Part shown: in pieces, positions 56,767 through 64,000 of the stretch
Layout of the letters: each line of letters begins with the position of its first letter
How positions within the stretch are numbered: position 1 is the first letter of the stretch
Source: Bacteroidales bacterium
Lineage (GTDB): Bacteria; Bacteroidota; Bacteroidia; Bacteroidales; FEN-979
NCBI GenBank assembly: GCA_030681475.1
Contig: JAUXWT010000049.1
Span: 7,991-71,990, forward strand
Reading direction: 5' to 3'
DNA length: 64,000 bases
Position numbers and translations under genes: made by a program
The notes under the pieces: model-generated
The model's database searches: none
What the model saw: the letters and a program-made list of their open reading frames with translations, nothing else
What the model was told of the DNA's origin: nothing

Positions 56767-57435
56767 ATGACAACCGTAAGGCCGGCCGACACATACCGGC
56801 ATCAGGGACTGAGGAAGTTACTGGTACAAAAAATAAAACAAAAGGGAATTACTGACCAGCAGGTGCTTGCCGCCATGGAAGCAGTGCCCCGCCATTACTT
56901 CTTTGATTCTTCCTTTTTGGAATACGCATATGAAGACAAGCCTTTTCCGATCGGCGCCGGTCAAACCATTTCCCAGCCATATACCGTAGCGTTTCAGACA
57001 GAATTGCTGAGTATCCGGAAAAACGAAAAAGTTCTTGAAATCGGCACAGGCTCAGGATACCAGGCTTGTATTCTTGCCGAAATGGGCGCTAAGGTCTTTA
57101 CCATTGAACGCCAGAAAACACTGTTTGACCGCACCAGTAAATTCCTGTCGGTTGTTGGTTATCCAACGATCAAGACTTTTTTTGGCGATGGATATAAAGG
57201 GCTGAAGGCATTTGCCCCTTTTGATAAAATGATCGTAACTGCAGCAGCGCCATATATCCCAGACGCATTGCTGGAGCAACTAAAGCCCGGAGGCATTCTT
57301 GTCATCCCTGTCGGCGCCAACGATGTTCAGACCATGACCACCATCACTAAAAACTCAGATGGAACATTCGAAAAAAAGGAATTTGGCGCATTCCGGTTCG
57401 TGCCGATGCTGGAGGATAAGGCCAAGGAGACCTGA
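56767..57435 (+). CDS. pcm: Protein-L-isoaspartate O-methyltransferase
   Basis: 222 aa with QTISQPY, VLEIGTGSGYQ and GG.LV.PVG motifs. Confidence 0.9.
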   Translation: MTTVRPADTYRHQGLRKLLVQKIKQKGITDQQVLAAMEAVPRHYFFDSSFLEYAYEDKPFPIGAGQTISQPYTVAFQTELLSIRKNEKVLEIGTGSGYQACILAEMGAKVFTIERQKTLFDRTSKFLSVVGYPTIKTFFGDGYKGLKAFAPFDKMIVTAAAPYIPDALLEQLKPGGILVIPVGANDVQTMTTITKNSDGTFEKKEFGAFRFVPMLEDKAKET

Positions 57436-57442
57436 TGCGGGG

Positions 57443-59500
57443 TCAGGAATTGCCAAGCCACCGTTTCCGGGCCCGCCTGACAAATGCAATGCCTAAACCC
57501 ACCACCAGCAGGACTGACCCTAACCACAAAACATTTATGTACGGGTTCAAGATGGCTTTGATGACAATATAATCAGGCTCCTTTGATACAATGGCAATAT
57601 AGGTATAATAGTCGCGACCCAAAAAGTGCCGGGTGTCGGGATTATATACCGCACCCATGCGGGGATGAACGTTGACCGATGGGTGCAGGGTGAATTCAAG
57701 ATTGAACTTTCCATTCGTTTTTGTCAGAAAATCAACCTGGTAATCTGTTGTATTCCCTTTTGGCTTGTTGTTGACATAGGTTACATAAAATCCTGTCATG
57801 GCTAAGGTGTCGTTCTTCATCAATACCAGATTTTCAGTATTGGCCTGCCGGTTTCCCAAGTCAAATTCTGACGTGTTGGTTGATATAACTTGCGAATTGG
57901 AAAATGTCAGGATTGCGCCCAGCACGAAAATCACAAAACCAATATGAGTGATGATGGCTCCCGTATTCCTTGGCTTACTTGAAAGGAATAGCATATTGTA
58001 AATGGATGACAGCAGGGCAAAGAGTGTAAAAACAACCACCAATATGAAATTCATTCGAGTAATAACCCCTGTCAATACCAACGGGATACACAGGATGATG
58101 GCGGCTAACAACGGATAAAACAATTTCTTAAGGAACTGTCCTGCATCATTGGCGCTATAAGTTAAAAACTGGCTGAACGCGATGAAACCGGCAATCAGCA
58201 ATGCGAACGGCATTTGCCAGCGGTTATAAAAGCCAACTCGGTCAACTGGTGGGGCAACATCAGTGTGAAACAGGCTGTTGAATACAGGGATTGACGTGGT
58301 GACAATGATCTGAAAGGCTGCCAGAACCACGATTATGGCTCCGATGAACATCCAGAATTCACGGGAAAGGAGTATATCCTGTTTGGCCGTGTGGAACTTT
58401 CGGAAATTGATCCCGATCATCACGACCATCATCACGAAAAACACCAACATGAAAACAAGCAGTTGCAAGGTCATGCCATTGTCTCCGAAAGAATGGGCGG
58501 AAGAATCCCCTAAAACACCGCTCCTGGTGAGGAAACTGGCATATAATATCAGAACATACGACAGCGTGATAAGGATATAAGCTCCAAGCAAAGCAAAATT
58601 CTGCCGTCTGGTTATCAGCATAAAATGCAGTCCTGCCACCAGGGTCATCCAGGGAACAAGCGACGAATTTTCGACCGGATCCCATGACCAGAAACCACCG
58701 AAGGTCAGCGAAACATAGGCCCATGCTCCTCCCAGGAGTATTCCCGCCCCGAGCATCAGTAAGGAAATCAATGTCCAGGGCAGCGCCCTGTTGATCCATG
58801 TATGGTAGTCCTTTTTTAAAAAGGAGGCTATGGCATAACTGAACGGAACCAGCGCAAGTGCATAGCCCAGAAACAATATCGGGGGATGGATCGTCATCCA
58901 GATGTTCTCAAGCAGCGGGTTTAAGCCGTTCCCGTCACCGACCGCGCTCAGGTAGTCGGGCATGGTAAATATGGTTCCCTCAATCGTTTCGACTGTATTT
59001 CTGAGCAGGTCAAATGGTGTTGCCCCGATTTTTGCACCCAAAAAGGTTACGCCGAGCAGCATGGAGGTCACAAAGGCCTGGGAAAGTGAAAATATAATCA
59101 TGACCGCGGATTCCCATTTACGTGCAAGGATCAGCAAAACAACCCCAATCAATGCCTGAAACAGCGCCCACACAAGAAAACTTCCCTCCTGCCCTGCCCA
59201 GAAACATGAAACGATATACTTCATCGGCAACTCTTTGGAAGAATATTGCCAGACATAGGAATATTCAAAATAGTGGTTGAAAATGAGGAAATATAACACG
59301 GAGGCAACCGCAACGACCGATAGTGCATGTGCGAGGTATAATCCGCGGGCGCTGATCAACAATACTCTGCGTTTATCTTTACGGTAAAAGGCCAGCAGGT
59401 AAAAAACGGAAGCCAGGATCGCTGTTCCAAATCCCAGCCAGACAAAAAATTTCCCCATCTCACCGGGGAATAAATGCTCACCTATATATTGAATGTTCAT
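57443..59500 (-). CDS. ccmF: CcmF/NrfE-family haem lyase (cytochrome c maturation)
   Basis: A polytopic protein with the Trp-rich haem-handling motif GGFWSWDPVENSSLVPW. The N-terminal region (FEYSYVWQYSS..LP..Y....FWAGQEGSFLVW) parallels E. coli CcmF. The ATG at 59500 (MNIQYIGEH) is preferred. Confidence 0.8.
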   Translation of the reverse strand: MNIQYIGEHLFPGEMGKFFVWLGFGTAILASVFYLLAFYRKDKRRVLLISARGLYLAHALSVVAVASVLYFLIFNHYFEYSYVWQYSSKELPMKYIVSCFWAGQEGSFLVWALFQALIGVVLLILARKWESAVMIIFSLSQAFVTSMLLGVTFLGAKIGATPFDLLRNTVETIEGTIFTMPDYLSAVGDGNGLNPLLENIWMTIHPPILFLGYALALVPFSYAIASFLKKDYHTWINRALPWTLISLLMLGAGILLGGAWAYVSLTFGGFWSWDPVENSSLVPWMTLVAGLHFMLITRRQNFALLGAYILITLSYVLILYASFLTRSGVLGDSSAHSFGDNGMTLQLLVFMLVFFVMMVVMIGINFRKFHTAKQDILLSREFWMFIGAIIVVLAAFQIIVTTSIPVFNSLFHTDVAPPVDRVGFYNRWQMPFALLIAGFIAFSQFLTYSANDAGQFLKKLFYPLLAAIILCIPLVLTGVITRMNFILVVVFTLFALLSSIYNMLFLSSKPRNTGAIITHIGFVIFVLGAILTFSNSQVISTNTSEFDLGNRQANTENLVLMKNDTLAMTGFYVTYVNNKPKGNTTDYQVDFLTKTNGKFNLEFTLHPSVNVHPRMGAVYNPDTRHFLGRDYYTYIAIVSKEPDYIVIKAILNPYINVLWLGSVLLVVGLGIAFVRRARKRWLGNS

Positions 59501-59521
59501 GATTGAATTTTTATTTGCCGG

Positions 59522-59529
59522 CAAAATTA
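59522..59529 (-). promoter_or_regulatory. -7 box TAATTTTG (minus strand) overlapping the palindrome TTTGCCGGCAAA (59514-59525)
   Basis: Exact TAnnTTTG match, 22 nt upstream of the ATG at 59500. The 12-bp perfect palindrome was read directly. Confidence 0.45.
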
Positions 59530-59644
59530 CGCTTTTCAATCATATGCAGACTGCTTCATTCGTTTATTTATAATGTATCCAGCCATAAACAAGTTAGAAT
59601 CCCACGAGGTGTCATATGCGTTAGGGTGGTGCCAATATTTTCTC

Positions 59645-59652
59645 TAATTTTG
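59645..59652 (+). promoter_or_regulatory. -7 box TAATTTTG
   Basis: Exact TAnnTTTG match, 22 nt upstream of the ATG at 59674. Confidence 0.5.
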
Positions 59653-59673
59653 CATTTCCAAATCTTTTCCCGG

Positions 59674-61764
59674 ATGAAAAAAATTCTGATCGGCCTGCTT
59701 GTTTTAGTGTTATTACCATTATTCTCCTTATCCCAGATACTTGATCCAGTAAAATGGACATTCAAGGTTGAACAGACCAAGCCGGAAGAAGCTACTCTGC
59801 TGTTGATTGCAACAGCCGATAAAGGGTGGCATGTCTATTCACAGGATATTCCCCCGAAGGGTCCCATTCCAACAACATTCACCTTCGAGAAAAGTCAGCG
59901 CTATTCACTGGTTGGGAAAGTGTTGGAAGGGAAACCGATTGTGGAAAACGATCCGAACTTTGACATGGTATTGAAGTCCTTTATAGACAAAGCCGTTTTC
60001 AAGCAAAAGATCAAGATAACCAGCCGGAAGGACTTTGTGGTGAAGGGTGTTGTAAATTTCATGTGCTGTGATGACAAGCAATGTATCCCCCCGAATGACG
60101 TCGATTTTGAGTTTCATGTCAAGGGTAACCCCAATGCAACTGAACAAGTGGCCGAAGTTCCGGTTCCGGATACCGCAGGCGGAATATCACAGGATTCCTT
60201 GAACTCGGCTGCAGTGGCCGCCGCGAAAGCAGATTCGGGGGCTAAAGTTATTGAACAGGCCGCTTTTGGCAAAACAGATGCTGACAAGGCTGCTGACCAG
60301 TCCCTGCTGTGGTTTTTTCTGATCTCATTTGTTGCCGGACTGGCCGCCATCATCACACCTTGTGTCTTCCCGATGATCCCGATGACGGTGACCTTTTTCA
60401 TGCATGATACGACCAGCAAGCGGAAAGCGCGGCTCGAGGCCATCGTATATGGTTTATCCATCATCGTAATATATACTGTGATCGGCACCCTGGTGGCAGT
60501 GACCCTGGGCGCAAACTTTGCCAATTTTCTCAGCACACACTGGATCCCCAATGTTTTCTTCTTCCTGATATTTGTTGTCTTTGCAGCATCTTTCCTTGGC
60601 ATGTTCGAGATTACCATGCCGAGTTGGATCGTTAATAAAGCCGACAAGCAGGCTGATAAAGGTGGATATGGCGGCGCCTTTTTCATGGCTTTTACATTGG
60701 TGCTGGTGTCGTTTTCATGCACCGGGCCTATCGTCGGCGCCATCCTGGTAAAATCAGCCGGGGGAGACATCCTCCTGCCGATCATCGGGATGCTTGGTTT
60801 TTCGCTGGCCTTTGCGCTCCCATTCGGGCTGTTTGCCTTTTTCCCATCATGGCTTTCAGGCCTTCCCAAATCCGGAGGGTGGCTAAATGCCGTGAAGGTG
60901 GTTCTCGGATTCCTGGAGCTGGCGCTTGGTCTGAAATTTCTGAGCATCGCTGACCAGACCTACCACTGGCACATCCTTGACCGTGAAGTTTACCTTGCCA
61001 TCTGGATCGTTATCTTTTTCCTCATGGGGATGTATCTGATCGGCAAGCTAAAGTTCAACCACGACTCCGACCTGCCATATATCAGCGTACCGAGGATCAT
61101 CCTGGCCATCATTGTTTTCAGCTTTGTAGTGTACATGATCCCCGGCATGTGGGGCGCTCCGCTGAAAAAGCTATCGGGTTACCTCCCTCCCACAACCTAC
61201 CAGGATTTCGACATGAATGCCATCGTCCAAAAGGAGGTTGCAATGATAAATGCCGGTGGGGGTGGGCAATCCGCCTCCGGGTTGTGTGATAAACCAAAAT
61301 ATGCCGATTTTCTCAAGCTCCCCCATGGTTTGGATGGTTATTATGATTATGAGCAGGCGCTGGCCTGTGCGAAAAAGCAAAACAAACCCATATTCATTGA
61401 TTTTACCGGCCACGGATGCGTGAACTGCCGGGAAATGGAGGCCAATGTGTGGTCTGATCCAAAGGTATTGAAGCGGTTGAGGGAGAATTATATCGTCACA
61501 GCGCTTTATGTTGATGACAAAACCGGACTGCCTGAAAACGAATGGATCACTTCGAAGTATGACAAAAAGGTGAAAAAGACCATCGGGAAAATATTTGCTG
61601 ATTTTCAGATCACACGGTTTAATGTTAATTCCCAGCCTTATTATGTCTTACTCGACACCAGCGGCCATCTGCTTACCTCTCCCCGCGCTTACGACCTCGA
61701 CATCGATGCCTTTGTGGAGTTTCTGGATACAGGTATTGAGAATTTCAACAAACAGCAAAAATAG
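59674..61764 (+). CDS. dsbD: Thiol:disulfide interchange protein DsbD-like (N-terminal domain + CcdA-type membrane core + thioredoxin domain)
   Basis: The signal peptide is MKKILIGLLVLVLLPLFSLSQ. Membrane-core Cys residues are ITPCVFPMIP and SFSCTGP. The C-terminal thioredoxin motif is GHGCVNC. The ORF-track start at 59503 is rejected. Confidence 0.85.
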   Translation: MKKILIGLLVLVLLPLFSLSQILDPVKWTFKVEQTKPEEATLLLIATADKGWHVYSQDIPPKGPIPTTFTFEKSQRYSLVGKVLEGKPIVENDPNFDMVLKSFIDKAVFKQKIKITSRKDFVVKGVVNFMCCDDKQCIPPNDVDFEFHVKGNPNATEQVAEVPVPDTAGGISQDSLNSAAVAAAKADSGAKVIEQAAFGKTDADKAADQSLLWFFLISFVAGLAAIITPCVFPMIPMTVTFFMHDTTSKRKARLEAIVYGLSIIVIYTVIGTLVAVTLGANFANFLSTHWIPNVFFFLIFVVFAASFLGMFEITMPSWIVNKADKQADKGGYGGAFFMAFTLVLVSFSCTGPIVGAILVKSAGGDILLPIIGMLGFSLAFALPFGLFAFFPSWLSGLPKSGGWLNAVKVVLGFLELALGLKFLSIADQTYHWHILDREVYLAIWIVIFFLMGMYLIGKLKFNHDSDLPYISVPRIILAIIVFSFVVYMIPGMWGAPLKKLSGYLPPTTYQDFDMNAIVQKEVAMINAGGGGQSASGLCDKPKYADFLKLPHGLDGYYDYEQALACAKKQNKPIFIDFTGHGCVNCREMEANVWSDPKVLKRLRENYIVTALYVDDKTGLPENEWITSKYDKKVKKTIGKIFADFQITRFNVNSQPYYVLLDTSGHLLTSPRAYDLDIDAFVEFLDTGIENFNKQQK

Positions 61765-61769
61765 AAGAT

Positions 61770-63109
61770 ATGATGAGCGCATTTCCTGTTATTATCTTGT
61801 TGCTGTTTGCCATCCAAATGACTTCACCAGCACAGCAGATGCCGTTTTCGCAGGCAATCGTCACACTCCCTCAACTGGCATACAGCGCCTGCGCCTGGGG
61901 TGATTTCGACCATGACGGAGATCTCGACCTTGCGCTTACCGGCGCTGAAGGGAACAACCCGCTGACCAAAATATTCCGTAACGATAACGGCGTTTTCAAT
62001 GATACCCAGTCTAACCTGCTTGCCCTCCACTTTGGGTCGGCCGAATGGGGTGATTATGACAACGATGGGGATCTTGACTTATTGGTAACAGGCATCGAAA
62101 ACCAGGGAAATCCACACACGATCATCTATACGAACAACAACGGTTCATTCAGCGATTCCGGTATCGCTTTGCCGGGTATCATGGATGGAGAAGCAAGCTG
62201 GGGAGATGTTAACAACGACGGTTATCTTGATATTTTATTGGCCGGAAGTTCCATGGCACGGGTTTACGAAAACGATGGTAATGGTTACTTTATCATCATC
62301 AGCGCACCACTCCCCGACATGGTATCCACCATGTGCAGTTGGAGCGATTACAGGAACGACGGCAACGACCATTTCACCAGGTTCGATCAAAATGCAGCCA
62401 ACCTGCTTAATCCATCGTTTGATCTGGGTGATTATAACGGCGACGGGCTTATTGACATCATTCTGATCGGTACGACCGCGGGTTGTGGTGGTCCGGCAGT
62501 GACCATGCTTCTACAGAATATGGGAGCCATGAGCTTTTCAATTGTCAGTTCCCTGATACCCGGTTACAAACTGGGTGGGGTAACCTGGGGAGATTACAAT
62601 AACGATGGGTACACCGACCTTCTGTTTACCGGACTGGATGTTTTTGAAATCCCTCAAACAGATTTGTATCTCAATAACCTTGGTGATACTACGTTTTTCG
62701 ATTTGAACACACCGCCGACACAACCTGGATCATCTCAGGTATTCCTTCCGGAACATATTATTTCAGCGTCCAGGCCATTGACAACGGTTTTATGCCCGGC
62801 GCATTTTCTGAACCTGCCATGTTTTCATATCAAACGGTTGGAATGGGCGAACCGGATAGCGAGAATTTCAGCATCTACCCCAATCCGTGCACGAATAAAG
62901 TATTTATCAGAACTTCCGGATTACGAGACGGCTCTTTCGGGAACAGCAAACCGGATTATACCTTATCCGTTTTAAATACCTTGGGTAATGAAATCTTCCA
63001 GGGAAGTAACTGTAAAGAAATAGATATTTTCACCTGGTCTTCAGGACTTTACCTTATTCGATATCAATCGGGTGACACGGTTGTATTGAGAAAATTACTC
63101 AAACTGTAA
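61770..63109 (+). pseudogene. FG-GAP/VCBS-repeat protein with a T9SS C-terminal sorting domain, disrupted by a frame change near 62690-62740
   Basis: Frame 0 gives a signal peptide plus WGDFDHDGDLDL, WGDYDNDGDLDL, WGDVNNDGYLDI and WGDYNNDGYTDL repeats, then reads as junk after about 62720. Frame 2 (open from 62687) gives WIISGIPSGTYYFSVQAIDNGFMPGAFS and a Por-secretion-tail-like end (FSIYPNPCTNKVFI...GLYLIRYQSGDTVVLRKLLKL). Confidence 0.55.
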
Positions 63110-63122
63110 TCATCAGTTGATA

Positions 63123-63584
63123 TTACATCAATCCCGCATTTTTCAGAATTTCCCTCAATTTCGGCTGATGTTCAGCATAGTCACGAAGGGCATTGAGCAT
63201 CTTAAGGTTATCTTTTTTGATTGGATGCAGTGATAGTTTTCGATCCCAGAAGGCAAAGCCGAATACGCTCACCATCATGGCCGTGAAGATACCAATAAAA
63301 GCCCAAAGAAAGTTGAACAACTGATCAAAACGCTTGTCAATGGCATCGAAGCGTTGATTGACCGATTCAAAACGTTGATCAACAGATTCGAAGCGGGCAT
63401 TCATTTCTGCCCTCAGGCCATCCAATTTCGTATCTATTTTTGAATCGACTGACTCCAACTTCTGCTCAGTCCGGACCATACGGTCACGGTCCTCCAGGGT
63501 AAAGGGAATTTCTCCGGCTATCGCGTTCAGCCTGCAGGAGATCAGCATCAATGTTATGCAAAGAAATCTTGGAATTGGTTTCAT
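63123..63584 (-). CDS. Hypothetical coiled-coil protein with a C-proximal TM segment
   Basis: 153 aa with a signal-like N-terminus and repeated RFESVDQRF / RFESVNQRF / RFDAIDKRF heptad-like units, then a TM segment FLWAFIGIFTAMMVSVFGFAF. Confidence 0.45.
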   Translation of the reverse strand: MKPIPRFLCITLMLISCRLNAIAGEIPFTLEDRDRMVRTEQKLESVDSKIDTKLDGLRAEMNARFESVDQRFESVNQRFDAIDKRFDQLFNFLWAFIGIFTAMMVSVFGFAFWDRKLSLHPIKKDNLKMLNALRDYAEHQPKLREILKNAGLM

Positions 63585-63669
63585 TTTCGTTTCGGATTAA
63601 TTTTTTATGGTTAATCCGGATAATGAACCAAAGTTAATATATAAAATCCAAAAAGTTTTTAACAAACGC

Positions 63670-64000
63670 TTATTTTTTCGTCTGCCACATCTCGGAAAAA
63701 TACTTGTAGAAATACGGAATAGTCTCAATCCCCATGTAGAAATTATCCAGCGGATAATTCTCATTAGGCGAATGGATGGCATCGGTTTCCAGTCCGAATC
63801 CCAGCAGAATGGTCTTAACGCCAAGTATCTCCTCGAATTGAGTTATAATCGGAATGCTGCCCCCACTGCGAACCGGGATGGGTTTCGATCCCATTGTTTT
63901 TTCAGCCGCCTTGCTGGCAGCCATATATCCTATGGTATCGATGGGTGATACATAGGCTTGTCCGCCATGGAGCGCCTGCACTTTCACCTTGACACTTTTC
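63670..64000 (-). CDS. M20-family metallopeptidase/dipeptidase, C-terminal part (gene continues past the window end)
   Basis: The C-terminal sequence ...GGSIPI...LGFGLETDAIHSPNE... is typical of the M20 family. The ORF stays open to the window edge. Confidence 0.7.
   Translation of the reverse strand, partial: KSVKVKVQALHGGQAYVSPIDTIGYMAASKAAEKTMGSKPIPVRSGGSIPIITQFEEILGVKTILLGFGLETDAIHSPNENYPLDNFYMGIETIPYFYKYFSEMWQTKK

Noticed and set aside
55700-56794. Extended N-termini from the ORF track for the Gfo/Idh/MocA gene (start 56794), dsbD (59503), ccmF (59539), rpe (13770), ligA (16109) and the kinase at 35834
   Set aside because: The extensions lack homology to the respective families and run through promoter boxes or repeat arrays. 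Internal ATGs give canonical N-termini or ATGA-type coupling.
60114-60947. Long antisense or alternate-frame ORFs: 277 aa at 60114-60947, plus 48449-49123, 19219-19785, 41048-41500, 6294-6806, 33012-33425 and 36073-36453
   Set aside because: Each lies fully inside a well-supported gene on the other strand or in another frame. Their composition is low-complexity or biased (for example P/S/A/R-rich), and none shows a recognisable motif. I treat them as by-products of codon bias.

Overview
The window reads as a chromosomal segment of a Bacteroidota-type, probably anaerobic genome. Supporting signs are TAnnTTTG -7 promoter boxes 20-100 nt upstream of many starts, a short primary sigma factor, a T9SS C-terminal sorting domain, many lipoproteins, HydG and carbamate kinase. 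I call about 58 protein genes or gene remnants and one tRNA-Gly(CCC). I saw no rRNA, CRISPR array, transposase or integrase. Housekeeping genes include comA, aroE, rpsO-pnp, rpoD, rpe, ligA, mtaB, an IMPase, pcm, cobB, dgkA, an ABC-F ATPase and an S9 peptidase. Five things stand out. (1) A tightly packed five-gene block (1731-9002) encodes a His-rich membrane protein, a membrane-anchored Fe-S flavoprotein, a 20-haem lipoprotein cytochrome, a 21(+1)-haem cytochrome and an outer-membrane beta-barrel. This is a candidate porin-cytochrome electron conduit. A CcmF-like haem lyase and DsbD lie elsewhere in the window. (2) A family of 8-9 bp tandem-repeat arrays sits at gene junctions at seven loci. 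Some arrays make up the whole intercistronic spacer and supply the start codon, and two carry G-quadruplex-type G-runs. (3) An orphan hydG is followed by a histidine kinase flanked by two TM1266-like small paralogues. (4) A roughly 0.9-kb non-coding island (46200-47137) contains nested perfect inverted repeats and four mirror-arranged GC hairpins. (5) Several genes survive only as N-terminus plus C-terminus remnants or are frameshifted. A translationally coupled mevalonate-pathway operon (34845-40116) is also present. All functional calls rest on motif and family recognition by eye. No database search was run.
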